Of a stretch of DNA of 32,000 nucleotides, positions 16,399-26,997 are shown in pieces. The notes beneath the pieces were generated by a model that had not been told where the DNA came from, did not search any database, and saw nothing but the letters and a program-made list of their open reading frames with translations. A program made the translations under genes and the position numbers. This DNA is from Methanopyrus kandleri AV19 (GTDB taxonomy: Archaea > JAADCQ01 > Methanopyri > Methanopyrales > Methanopyraceae). Position 1 is the stretch's first letter. Each line of letters begins with the position of its first letter. Where the stretch lies: NCBI RefSeq assembly GCF_000007185.1, contig NC_003551.1, forward strand, positions 330,001 to 362,000, read 5' to 3'.

Positions 16399-16541
16399 GT
16401 CCCTGGACCGTGGGACCCCCTCTCATCCCGGCGCCTCGCGGCGTCGAGGGGGCCCCGCCGGCTCTGTACCGGGGGTCCGTAACGGACGCTCATCGGGTCG
16501 GCTTCGGCCGCCTGACGTCCGTCCCTGGAAGGAATGAGCGT
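16399..16541 (+). ncRNA. Candidate structured RNA; strand and boundaries uncertain
   Basis: Nested stems GGACCCCC/GGGGGTCC, CCGGCG/CGCCGG, CCTCG/CGAGG; second stem ACGGACG/CGTCCGT capped by CGGC-TTCG-GCCG. No known RNA family recognised. Confidence 0.3.
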
Positions 16542-16685
16542 GAAGAGCCTCCGTCGGCGCCGCAATCATCACGTGTCAGGCTCGGGCAAGAGTCTTCATC
16601 GGCTGAACCGTCGACGATGGCGTCGGATTTGAAGATCTCGCTCGAGCGTCACGACGGATCGACCGTGGAAAGGGGCCCTCCGACC

Positions 16686-17828
16686 TCAGGGACGGAGGAT
16701 GTCGATCTTCCCCTCTTCAACGGCCTCGATCGCTCTCTCCATCAGTTTCTTCGCGAGGTACGCCGAAGACTCACGGGCGACGATCGGGAGCTTCCGTCCT
16801 TCGACTTCGAGCTCCCCTAGGTCGACCTCGACCGCCGGACAGAACTCGTGACAATAACCGCAGTGGAAACAGTCGCCGGTCCGGAGGTCACCGTACGGAT
16901 ACGGGCATTTCTCCTCGAGTCGGCACGGGTCGCAGTTCTCGCAGCGGTCGGGGTTCCAGCGAACCGTCTCCTGTACCCACACGTCGGCGTACGTGGTCTC
17001 CGCGATGGGCGTCCTGTCGGAGAGCTTAACGACCGGCAGGACGGCGTCGGAGTGATCGCGCTCCAGGAACGGGAGCGTCTCCTCGGTGACCGCGATCACC
17101 GAAGCTACGCCGGCTATGTTCTCCGGTCCCGCGGACGTCCGGTACTCACCCATGAAGGTGGGATCACACTCGGTGAGGTTCGCGTGGAGTGTTAAGTTCG
17201 GGCGTTCTCGGGTGCTCCGAGTGCCCTTCCCCGTGATCACCCCGGGAGCCCCGCAAAACAGCACACGTCGGCCGGGTCGATGGAGCCGGAGTTTCGGATC
17301 GTGCTCCAGGGGGTTGTACCCACCGCATCCGCTGAAGGAGGCCTCCCCAGGTTCCAGAGGTCTCGGCGCGAAGATCGTCGACGCGGGTCGTTCGCCATCG
17401 TTGAATATCGCGGAGTAGTTGCGGAAACACGCACGGGTGGACGCGATCATCGCCCGTTCCAGCTCTTCTGGGCCGATCGTCGCTTCGTACTCACGACCGT
17501 CGTCCGCTACGGCGATGACATCGAACTCGTTACCCTCCGCTACGGTACGGAGCAAATAGGCCCCGGAAACGTCCCCGTGAGCCGTGGCCGGGACCACACA
17601 TTCGACGAGTCCGAGGCGCTCGTTAGGGCACGGACCTACGGGCAATCTTATGCCTTCTAAGTACACCTCCTCGAACCGGCGCACTTCACCGGGCTCAGCC
17701 ACGTGGAAGGACAGGATCCCGTAGACACCACTCATCAACCCGACGGTGGCACAAGTGACGGCATCGACGGATCGACGCTCACCTTCGGTCATGTCCCAGA
17801 ACTCGTCGATACGGACGACGGTAGGCAC
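16686..17828 (-). CDS. COG1900/DUF39 homocysteine-biosynthesis-type protein with C-terminal ferredoxin-like domain (methanogenesis marker 16-like)
   Basis: 380 aa; SFSGCGGYNPLEHDP, FCGAPGVITGKGT, ADVWVQETVRWNPDRCENCDPCRLEEKCPYPYGDLRTGDCFHCGYCHEFCPAVEVDLGE. Confidence 0.8.
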   Translation of the reverse strand: MPTVVRIDEFWDMTEGERRSVDAVTCATVGLMSGVYGILSFHVAEPGEVRRFEEVYLEGIRLPVGPCPNERLGLVECVVPATAHGDVSGAYLLRTVAEGNEFDVIAVADDGREYEATIGPEELERAMIASTRACFRNYSAIFNDGERPASTIFAPRPLEPGEASFSGCGGYNPLEHDPKLRLHRPGRRVLFCGAPGVITGKGTRSTRERPNLTLHANLTECDPTFMGEYRTSAGPENIAGVASVIAVTEETLPFLERDHSDAVLPVVKLSDRTPIAETTYADVWVQETVRWNPDRCENCDPCRLEEKCPYPYGDLRTGDCFHCGYCHEFCPAVEVDLGELEVEGRKLPIVARESSAYLAKKLMERAIEAVEEGKIDILRP

Positions 17829-18125
17829 GCCCGATCCCCCCGAGTCTGCCGGACCGCCGTATCTCGGGCATGTACTAAGTTACCGGAACCCCGCTCCGGG
17901 CGAGTAGCGCTCTTCGATGGGATCCAGGCCGTGGTCGTTAGGCTCTCGCGGAAAGACCGTCGCGAAGGTATTCACACCGTCGGAACGGCGGACGGTGGGA
18001 AAGTGGCGGAATAAAGAGGAGGGGTTGTTACAGAAGGAAACGACGCCATGTCGACCGAACGGTACCGATACTGTCGTAACTCGTGAGAACGAAACGGTGT
18101 AGGTATCGCACCGACGATCGAAGGT

Positions 18126-18431
18126 CTAACGGAGCCAGTGGGCACGCTCCGCTATCACGTACCCATCGTCGGACCTGGGTGCGTTCTCGAGCATTTTCTT
18201 CTTGAACTCCCGATCACACCGCGGCTCGTCGTCTTCACGGAACTTGCGTGACCCCTCGGACGTCGTCCACGTCTCGTCCTCCGCGTCGACGTCTTCTAAC
18301 CGTTCCGCGAACTCTTCCAGCAACTCCATAGTTTCCCTTAGGATATCCAAGACATCGACATCGTCACGGTCGGAGGCCAGAGACAGGTACGTGTCGATCT
18401 CGAGGAGTTGCTCCAGCTCCCTTTCCTTCAT
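18126..18431 (-). CDS. Small acidic hypothetical protein
   Basis: 101 aa, helical acidic sequence; start overlaps the stop of the upstream aminopeptidase gene by 4 nt. Confidence 0.6.
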   Translation of the reverse strand: MKERELEQLLEIDTYLSLASDRDDVDVLDILRETMELLEEFAERLEDVDAEDETWTTSEGSRKFREDDEPRCDREFKKKMLENAPRSDDGYVIAERAHWLR

Positions 18432-19369
18432 AACGAGACCCCCAGCAACTCTCCGGACCGCGCGACGAGTTCGTCGTCCAGGTAAAGCTCGAACTCCTTA
18501 ATAACCGCATCGAGATGCACCCGTGAGCTTACTCGCCCGCTAAACGTGCTGTTGTCCCCGAACCCCATGTGGACTGTCCCGTAGACCTTCTCGTCCTCCA
18601 GTACCACGCCGCACAGCTTCGCCCCGGGGTTGGTGCCCACTCCCAGCTCGCACAGCATTTCTCCGTTCTCGATCCGGCGGATCAGCCGGACGAACTCGAG
18701 ATCCTCCCGCGAGACTTCGACCACTCGACCCTCCGAGATCTCGAGCTCCAGAGGCTCATCAAGGATTCCATCCGGTGCCACGCTACCGTCGATACGGACG
18801 CACCCTTCCGCCGACCCTTCGATCGGTGCTACGAAAGCCTCTCCGGCCGGGAGGTTACCGAATTCCCCGGGATCCCGCAGGTTCCCGTCGTCCGCCAACG
18901 CCTCCCGTCCACCGATGTCCATCACGAGCTCGCCCGCCGGGGTCACCAGACGCACTTCAGAGGCCTCAGTGAGGAGTTCAGCGAGTTCTCGGGACAAACG
19001 CCTCAGCTCCTCGTAATCGACGTCGATAGCACGCTCCGCGATTTCACGTGTGAGTTCGGGCATCGATGCCACCCTAGCCCCAGCCTCGCAGGCCCGTCGC
19101 CGGGCCTCCGTGTGGGATATCGACCAAGAGGTGACGGCGGCGACGGCGTCGGAGCTCCTCATCATGGCCGCGACGTGATCCGGGGGCTCCTCGCCGTGGG
19201 TTTCCCTGGGATCGACGACGACTAGTGCTCGATCCGTCCCCTCGGCGGCCTCGAACAGCTCGCGGCCTAGTTCCTCCATCTCGGGATCGGTCAACACCAG
19301 GAAGCGCTCGCCTTCGGAGAGTCTCAGGCACTCTCGGACGACCCGTTCAGCCCAGCCCAAACCGACCAC
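18428..19369 (-). CDS. Leucyl aminopeptidase-like, M29-type family
   Basis: 313 aa; AFVAPIEGSAEGCVRIDGS, LCELGVGTNPGAKLCGVVLEDEKVYGTVHMGFGDNSTFSGRVSSRVHLDAVI. Confidence 0.82.
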   Translation of the reverse strand: MVGLGWAERVVRECLRLSEGERFLVLTDPEMEELGRELFEAAEGTDRALVVVDPRETHGEEPPDHVAAMMRSSDAVAAVTSWSISHTEARRRACEAGARVASMPELTREIAERAIDVDYEELRRLSRELAELLTEASEVRLVTPAGELVMDIGGREALADDGNLRDPGEFGNLPAGEAFVAPIEGSAEGCVRIDGSVAPDGILDEPLELEISEGRVVEVSREDLEFVRLIRRIENGEMLCELGVGTNPGAKLCGVVLEDEKVYGTVHMGFGDNSTFSGRVSSRVHLDAVIKEFELYLDDELVARSGELLGVSL

Positions 19370-19584
19370 CCGCGTGACATCACACCTCTGAAAACTGAGC
19401 TACCGCATCTGCGCGGTCCCGGGCCGGTGAAGACGGACGACGTCACGATGTGCGGAGAAGGTGTTACAATGGCTTCATCTCATGAGCTAGAGGCGACATG
19501 GCATCTCCGATCGATAGACCGTGTCTTTCGTACACCGACCAACTGTTAGGCGTGAAAGGGAAGCCCGACGATCCTGGTATCACC

Positions 19585-21062
<1,478 letters not shown>

Positions 21063-21080
21063 CTCTTCGGGGGATGTACC

Positions 21081-22025
21081 ATGTTCGACCCGAAAAAGTT
21101 CGTCGAAGAGGCTATCGAGGAGTTACGCCGGGAGATAGGGGATAGGAAAGCCATCATCGCCGTATCCGGCGGCGTCGATAGCACCACCGCCGCCGTTTTA
21201 ACACATCGGGCCATCGGGAGCCACCTGGTGTGCGTGTTCGTCGATCACGGTTTCATGCGCAAGGGCGAGCCGGAGCGCATCCGCGAGCTACTGGAAGAAG
21301 AACTGGGTTTGAACCTCCGGTTCGTCGAAGCCGCCGAGGAGTTCTTCGAGGCACTCCGAGGGGTCACCGATCCCGAGGAGAAGAGGAAAATCATCGGAGA
21401 GAAGTTCATCGAAGTGTTCGAGCGGATAGCGGAGGAGGAAGAAGCTGAAGTGCTCGTTCAAGGTACGATCGCACCCGATATCATCGAGTCCGAGCGTGGA
21501 ATCAAGTCCCACCACAACGTCGGTGGACTGCCCGAAAAGCTGAACCTCGACGTCGTGGAACCACTTCGGGACCTATACAAGGATGAGGTGAGGGAAGTGG
21601 CTCGCTACCTAGGAATACCCGATGAAATCGTGGAGCGCATGCCGTTCCCCGGCCCCGGTCTCGCAGTTCGAGTGCTCGGGGAGGTAACGCCTGAGAAGGT
21701 CGAGATCGTGCGTGAGGCGAACGCTATCGTGGAAGAAGAGGTCGAGAAGGCCGTCGAAGAGGGGAAGATGTCGAAGCCGTGGCAGGCCTTCGCTGCACTC
21801 CTGGACTGCAAGGCCACCGGAGTGAAAGGTGACGAGCGGGACTACGGATGGGTCATCGCCGTTCGGATCGTCGAATCGATCGACGCGATGATAGCGGACG
21901 TACCCGAGGTTCCGTGGGAGGTCCTCCGCAACATTCAGGACCGGATCACCAGCGAGGTACCTGAGGTAACCAGAGTTTTGTTCGACATAACCCCTAAACC
22001 CCCTGCAACGATCGAGTTCGAGTGA
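21081..22025 (+). CDS. guaA: GMP synthase, ATP-pyrophosphatase subunit
   Basis: [40 protein letters not shown]...[10 protein letters not shown]...SHHNVGGLP...[19 protein letters not shown]...[26 protein letters not shown]. Confidence 0.96.
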   Translation: MFDPKKFVEEAIEELRREIGDRKAIIAVSGGVDSTTAAVLTHRAIGSHLVCVFVDHGFMRKGEPERIRELLEEELGLNLRFVEAAEEFFEALRGVTDPEEKRKIIGEKFIEVFERIAEEEEAEVLVQGTIAPDIIESERGIKSHHNVGGLPEKLNLDVVEPLRDLYKDEVREVARYLGIPDEIVERMPFPGPGLAVRVLGEVTPEKVEIVREANAIVEEEVEKAVEEGKMSKPWQAFAALLDCKATGVKGDERDYGWVIAVRIVESIDAMIADVPEVPWEVLRNIQDRITSEVPEVTRVLFDITPKPPATIEFE

Positions 22026-22037
22026 GGGGGACGCGCG

Positions 22038-22766
22038 TTGGCTTTCGTCGTCATCCCCTCGGTCGATGTAGTCGAGGGGAAGTGTGTGCAGCTTGTCGAA
22101 GGAGATCCGGAACGGAGGACGTTCGAGTCCGATGACCCCGTGGAAACCGCGCACCAGTGGTCCGAGTTTTTCCCCTGGATTCACGTGGTGGACGTCGACG
22201 CGGCACGCGGTGAGGGGGATAACTCGGATATCATCGGACGGATCTGCGAGGAGGTCGACGCCAAGGTGCAGGTGGGTGGCGGGATCCGTTCCGCCGAACG
22301 CGCGGAAGAGCTCATCGAGCTGGGTGCCGATCGTCTGATAGTGGGAACCGTGGCGTTCACCGATAAGGATGATTTCTCGAAGATCGTCGACGTGTGTCAC
22401 GATCACGGTATCGAGGTATTCGTGGCACTGGACGTCAACGAGAACCATGAGGTGCTAGTCAGCGGGTGGAAGGAGGACGCGGGAGTCACCCTGGAAGACG
22501 CCATAGAGCGCTTCAACGAAGTTGCCGACGGGTATCTGACCACCGCGGTGCACGTCGAGGGTAAGGAAATGGGTATCGACGAAAAAGTCGTTGAGAAGTC
22601 GACCGGTGCCACGGATCTCCCCGTGTTGTACGCCGGTGGAATAGCTTCGATCAAGGACGTGAAGCGGGCCAAGGAGGCCGGAGCGTACGGGGTAGTGATC
22701 GGGACCGCCCTGTACCACGGGGACATCGATCCCGTGGCACTACTTGATCTCATGGAGGAGGATTAG
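22038..22766 (+). CDS. hisA: Phosphoribosylformimino-5-aminoimidazole carboxamide ribotide isomerase
   Basis: TTG start; FVVIPSVDVVEGKCVQLVEGDPERRTFESDDPVETAHQW, AKVQVGGGIRS, VLYAGGIASIKDVKRAKEAGAYGVVIGTALYHG. Confidence 0.92.
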   Translation: MAFVVIPSVDVVEGKCVQLVEGDPERRTFESDDPVETAHQWSEFFPWIHVVDVDAARGEGDNSDIIGRICEEVDAKVQVGGGIRSAERAEELIELGADRLIVGTVAFTDKDDFSKIVDVCHDHGIEVFVALDVNENHEVLVSGWKEDAGVTLEDAIERFNEVADGYLTTAVHVEGKEMGIDEKVVEKSTGATDLPVLYAGGIASIKDVKRAKEAGAYGVVIGTALYHGDIDPVALLDLMEED

Positions 22767-23614
22767 GGTATCATCCTCTCGATGGGGAGGACGATGATAC
22801 CTTCTGCACCCAACTCTTTGGCCCTGAGTACGACCTCCGACACGTCCTCCTCGTTCACTACCGCGTAGACCTCGACCATGTCCTCGTCCCCGTATATTTC
22901 CGACACCGTGGGACCTGTCACACCCGGCAACAGCTCGTGGAACTCCTCCAACCGCTCTCGAGGTACGTTCATCATGACGAGGCACTTTCCATCGGCGTTG
23001 AGAACACCCTTCAACGACAGGTAAACTCGCCGGATCACCTCACCGTCCGTCGCGTCGGGATTGGCGATCAACCGTGCGGAGGTCTCCAGCAGTTCGTCAA
23101 CAACACGAAGCCTGTTGACCTTGAGCGTAGTCCCCGTGCTGCACAGGTCCACGATCGCGTCCGCGACTCCTATCCTCGGCATGATCTCGGTGGCTCCTGA
23201 CACCTGGATGATCTCCACGTCCACACCGACGTCCTCGAAGTACTGCCGGGCGATGTTGGGGAACTCCGTGGCGACGGTACCACCGTCGAGGTCTTCCGGG
23301 GACTTCACATCCGACTCTTCGGGTACCGCGAGCACCAGCCGCGCCCGACCGAACCGTAGATCGAGTAGCTCCTTCACCTCCGCCCCGGCCTCCACGATAA
23401 GGTCGTATCCAGTGATCCCGAGTTGCGCCACTCCCTCTTCCACTAGCCGAGGGATATCCGCGGCCCTGACGAACATGACCTCGATATCGGGGTCCGTGGT
23501 TCTGGCCTTGAGACGGCGTCCCAGAGGCTCCTCTACGCCGATTCCCGCGCGCTCGAGGAGCTTGAGCGCCGGCTCGTGTAGGCGTCCTTTGTTGGGTACC
23601 GCTACGGTTATCAC
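22763..23614 (-). CDS. hisG: ATP phosphoribosyltransferase (long form with C-terminal regulatory domain)
   Basis: GTG start; VITVAVPNKGRLHEPALKLLERAG, VQLGITGYDLIVE, ATEFPNIARQYF, DAIVDLCSTGTTLKVNRLRVVDELLETSARLIANP, C-terminal GVTGPTVSEIYG. Confidence 0.95.
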   Translation of the reverse strand: MITVAVPNKGRLHEPALKLLERAGIGVEEPLGRRLKARTTDPDIEVMFVRAADIPRLVEEGVAQLGITGYDLIVEAGAEVKELLDLRFGRARLVLAVPEESDVKSPEDLDGGTVATEFPNIARQYFEDVGVDVEIIQVSGATEIMPRIGVADAIVDLCSTGTTLKVNRLRVVDELLETSARLIANPDATDGEVIRRVYLSLKGVLNADGKCLVMMNVPRERLEEFHELLPGVTGPTVSEIYGDEDMVEVYAVVNEEDVSEVVLRAKELGAEGIIVLPIERMIP

Positions 23615-23672
23615 TTGCGCCCTCCGTCGACGTCCCAGCCGCAGGATATAACGGTACCCGGGGACCTCGGAC

Positions 23673-24968
23673 TTGAGGCTCGCGATACTAGGAGGCATCG
23701 CGGTAACTCCGGAGCGCGTGATCGAAGACGCCGGAATTCTGATCGACGAAGACGGCCGGATCTCGTTCGTGGACACCCGAGAACAGCTCGAGGAGTGTGA
23801 AGACTGGGAGGACGAAATAGAGCTCGGAGAGAAGGACGTTATCATGCCGGGCTTGATCAACACTCACACACACGGTCCCATGACGCTGTTTCGAGGCGTC
23901 GCCGATGATATGCCACTGATGAAGTGGTTGAGGGAAGAGATATGGCCACTAGAGGAGCGCCTCGACGCCGAGAAGTGCCGATGGGGAGCGGCGCTCGCGG
24001 CTATGGAGGCCCTCAAGTCCGGCACTACCTGTCTCGCCGACATGTACTTCTTCATGGACGCCGTAGCCGAGGCCTACGCCGAAGTCGGCATCCGCGCGGT
24101 GATCTCCCACGGCATGATTGACCTCGGCGAGGAGGATAAGCGGGAGGAGGAGCTGAAAGAGTCGAAACGCGTGTACCGCAAGTGCCAAGGGATGGAAGGA
24201 CTCATCGAGTTCTCGCTAGGACCGCATGCCCCCTACACATGCTCGGAGGAGTTGCTCAAGGAGGTCCGGCGCTTAGCGGACGAGTGGGGCGTTAAAATTC
24301 AGATCCACGTGGCCGAAACTGAGGACGAGGTAAAAGAGGTGAAACGGAAGCACGGGAAGCGACCGGTAGAGTACCTGGACGAAATCGGACTGCTTGGTGA
24401 CGACGTTATAGCCGCCCACTGCGTGTGGCTCGATGATAAAGAAATTGAAATATTATCGAAGAGAGGAGTAATAGTCTCACACAATCCAATCAGTAACATG
24501 AAGTTGGCTTCAGGTATCAGCCCCGTACCTGAAATGCTCGAGAGAGGCGTCAACGTCACTATAGGTACAGACGGGTGTGCTAGCAACAACAACCTCGATA
24601 TGTTGGAGGAGATCAAAGTAGCAGCTCTGTTACATAAAGTGAATAAGATGGATCCGTCGGCCACGGAAATGTTGGAGATCCTGAGGATGGCGACGGTGAG
24701 GGCGGGTACGGTCTTCTCGAGCGAGAAGATAGGAGCCATCGAGGAAGGTTACGCGGCAGACCTAGTAGTTTTAGACGGTAGTTCTCCCAGACTGAATCCC
24801 AATCACAACCCGATCTCAAACATTGTATACTCAGCCTCAGGATCGGACGTGAAGCATGTGTTCGTGGCAGGAGAACTCGTAGTGAAGAACGGAAAACTCG
24901 TTAAAGCAGACGAGCAAGAAATACTGGAAAACTCCACCGAGTGCGCAGAACAACTCACCTCCTCATGA
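23673..24968 (+). CDS. dadD: 5'-deoxyadenosine/MTA/SAH deaminase-type amidohydrolase
   Basis: 431 aa; VIMPGLINTHTHGPMTLFRGVADDMPLMKWL, GLGPHAPYTC-like LGPHAPYTCSEELL, VAETEDEV, AAHCVWLDDKEIEILSKRGVIVSHNPISNMKLASG, IGTDGCASNNNLDMLEE. Confidence 0.9.
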   Translation: MRLAILGGIAVTPERVIEDAGILIDEDGRISFVDTREQLEECEDWEDEIELGEKDVIMPGLINTHTHGPMTLFRGVADDMPLMKWLREEIWPLEERLDAEKCRWGAALAAMEALKSGTTCLADMYFFMDAVAEAYAEVGIRAVISHGMIDLGEEDKREEELKESKRVYRKCQGMEGLIEFSLGPHAPYTCSEELLKEVRRLADEWGVKIQIHVAETEDEVKEVKRKHGKRPVEYLDEIGLLGDDVIAAHCVWLDDKEIEILSKRGVIVSHNPISNMKLASGISPVPEMLERGVNVTIGTDGCASNNNLDMLEEIKVAALLHKVNKMDPSATEMLEILRMATVRAGTVFSSEKIGAIEEGYAADLVVLDGSSPRLNPNHNPISNIVYSASGSDVKHVFVAGELVVKNGKLVKADEQEILENSTECAEQLTSS

Positions 24969-25488
24969 GTCTAACTCCCAGGTAAATCGCCGCTCCCGCT
25001 AGCACTACTACTAGAAGCGCCACTAACACCCACGCTGCGGACTTCGACGACAACCTCTTAAGTTTCTTCTTTAGTCCTTCATTTAGCTTTCTGATCTTCT
25101 TTTTTATCTCTTCAGTCACTGTTCCTTTGCCACCTCTCTTCTCCTCTTCACTCCCCTTGCTTACCTTCTTCCCTTCCTCGCTCCCGCCTCCACCGGCATG
25201 CCCACCGGCCGTACTCCCGTGCTCTTGTTCGCTATGTTTATGTTCGCTATGTTCTCCACCCTTAGTGCCCCCTCCGCCGTGTCCTCCCCCCACGCCGGCG
25301 GAGCCGGCCGGCGAGGGGTGTGAGGCGGGCGGAGGGGGCGCTTGGGTTTCCCCTCCGGAATGTGAAGATCCACCTCCGGTTCCTCCGCCGGAAGGGATGG
25401 ACGGCGGCGGTGGTGGCAGTGTCTGCGCCTGAGCCGCGCTTATCGCTATCAGGACCAGCGCCGCGAGAGCCACAGCAGCGCGCCGCAA
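24955..25488 (-). CDS. Exported low-complexity Pro/Gly/His-rich protein with C-terminal membrane anchor
   Basis: 177 aa; signal LAALVLIAISAAQA, PPPPPSIPSGGGTGGG...HGGGGTKGGEHSEHKHSEQEHG, Lys-rich helix, then TM AAWVLVALLVVVLAGAAIYLGVRLMRR. Confidence 0.7.
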   Translation of the reverse strand: MRRAAVALAALVLIAISAAQAQTLPPPPPSIPSGGGTGGGSSHSGGETQAPPPPASHPSPAGSAGVGGGHGGGGTKGGEHSEHKHSEQEHGSTAGGHAGGGGSEEGKKVSKGSEEEKRGGKGTVTEEIKKKIRKLNEGLKKKLKRLSSKSAAWVLVALLVVVLAGAAIYLGVRLMRR

Positions 25489-26786
25489 GCTATCAACCCC
25501 ACCAGAGGATTCACCGAGACTTTGAACGTTATCACCGCGGCGAGTATACCCGCTCCGGCTATCGTCGCGGCGAGTGACACCGGAAGCTTAACACCGAAGA
25601 CCTCGATGTAATCTCCGGACTCATGCTCCTCCGACGCGAACACGTCAGATATCCTTACCGGAATCCGCTTCGTGCCGCTTATATACTCATCATAAAGGCG
25701 TGTCACTTCCTCGTACTCCGGTATCAGTTCCGAGTCCACCAACCGCGCCGCTTCATCCCGCTGACCCCGCTCCAGCAGCTCCGCGACGCGCTTGCACTCT
25801 TCGGACATCTCTACCAGGAGATCACGAATTTTAGCGGCGATCTCCGCGAGCCGCTGGAGCTCCGATCGGTACTCCGGATGGGTCTCGGCGGCTTTACTCA
25901 GGTACTCCACGGTACGACCCCAGGTCTCGGCGGCCATCGCGTACCATCGGGCCAACTTACGGTATCCCTCCGGAGTCGGCGGAACTCTACCTCCCTCGAG
26001 AGCGTAGAGGTACAGGGCCTCTAGGAAGGCTTTGTCCAGTTCGGTCCGATAGTTGTCGTAATTCGGAGGGAGCTCTTGTCCGATGTAGTAGTAACCGTTC
26101 TCGAAAGTGGCGGCCGGGATCCCGTGTTTGGCGACAGGGGCGGTGACCCACGGTGGAGACGTTCCAGTCTGTTGCGTGTCGACCCTCGCACCGATCACTC
26201 CGGCTAGTACCTCGCAGATCTGAAGCGCCCGTTGGAAGGACTCAGGGTTGTCGTTCCCGTGGATCGGGCCGGCCGGGATTAGGATGAACTCTGACACTCC
26301 CCAGCTCGGCCGGTGCGCGTGAACGTCTAGGAAGAGCTCGGGTTTCCTTGTGATAGGCACACCGACTTTGCTCCCCAGCTCCTTGGGATGTAGCACGTAA
26401 GGCAGCACGTGGTTGTAAAACGTAAGCTGTCCGAGATCACGTGATACTCGGTACTTCTCCTCTTCACTTCCGGATTGATAGTACTCCGCCGGAATCTTGA
26501 TCCACGAGACTACGAGGGTCCCCTCGAACTCGCCAGAGTTATACACGAACCACTTCACAGCCTCGAACATGCATTTGTGGGCTTGATATTCCAGTGGATG
26601 AACACCTAAGGACACCCACACAAAGTGGCCATTACCGTTCTTCCAAACATAATACTCAACCGGAACTTCATACGTTTTGTCGCCTAAGGTAACTCGATAT
26701 GTCTCCACTAGCTCACCATATTGCATCGAGTAGACTCCGGTAAGTGCCGTAAAAGTCATCGCGAGCGCCATCACCACACGACGCAC
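25449..26786 (-). CDS. Exported protein, possible metallopeptidase-like ectodomain, C-terminal membrane anchor
   Basis: ORF track start (27242) looks too far upstream; GTG 26786 gives VRRVVMALAMTFTALTGVYSMQYG signal. Body has LDVHAHRPSWGVSEFILIPAGPIHGNDNPESFQRALQICEVL, helical stalk, TM ...LAATIAGAGILAAVITF...GLIACGALLWLSRRWS. Confidence 0.7.
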   Translation of the reverse strand: MRRVVMALAMTFTALTGVYSMQYGELVETYRVTLGDKTYEVPVEYYVWKNGNGHFVWVSLGVHPLEYQAHKCMFEAVKWFVYNSGEFEGTLVVSWIKIPAEYYQSGSEEEKYRVSRDLGQLTFYNHVLPYVLHPKELGSKVGVPITRKPELFLDVHAHRPSWGVSEFILIPAGPIHGNDNPESFQRALQICEVLAGVIGARVDTQQTGTSPPWVTAPVAKHGIPAATFENGYYYIGQELPPNYDNYRTELDKAFLEALYLYALEGGRVPPTPEGYRKLARWYAMAAETWGRTVEYLSKAAETHPEYRSELQRLAEIAAKIRDLLVEMSEECKRVAELLERGQRDEAARLVDSELIPEYEEVTRLYDEYISGTKRIPVRISDVFASEEHESGDYIEVFGVKLPVSLAATIAGAGILAAVITFKVSVNPLVGLIACGALLWLSRRWS

Positions 26787-26997
26787 CCTCTCACCCCCCT
26801 GAGACGATAAAGGTGTACCCGGCGGCCAGGCCGCCCGATCATCGACGGCACTACGGCCACTCACGGGCGTGACGGGAACCGATGTGCCGGGAGCGTGACC
26901 GCGGGGATCACCGCCGGGAGACTCCCGTCTCCCCCCGTCGGGGGCCCGGCGTGGACACTCGATCACCCTCATTACCATTTTCGGGGGATGCTCGACG

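Noticed and set aside
16389-16820. + strand ORF of 143 aa across the structured segment
   Set aside because: Composition resembles random GC-rich translation and its 3' half is antisense to the COG1900/Fe-S gene.
17829-18125. tRNA or other classical RNA gene between the COG1900 gene and 18126..18431
   Set aside because: No cloverleaf, T-loop GGTTCRA pattern or recognisable conserved RNA motif found on either strand.
19370-19584. Possible C/D box small RNA in the ribC-aminopeptidase gap
   Set aside because: CTGA-like and GATG-like strings are present but without properly ordered C, D', C', D boxes at guide spacing.
25127-25432. + strand Pro/Cys/Leu-rich 101-aa ORF
   Set aside because: Antisense mirror of the Gly/His/Glu-rich repeat-like coding segment of 24955..25488.
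24955-25488. CRISPR or tandem DNA repeat in the GGC/CCG-rich stretch
   Set aside because: Irregular codon-level low complexity without uniform repeat and spacer units; fits a low-complexity protein.
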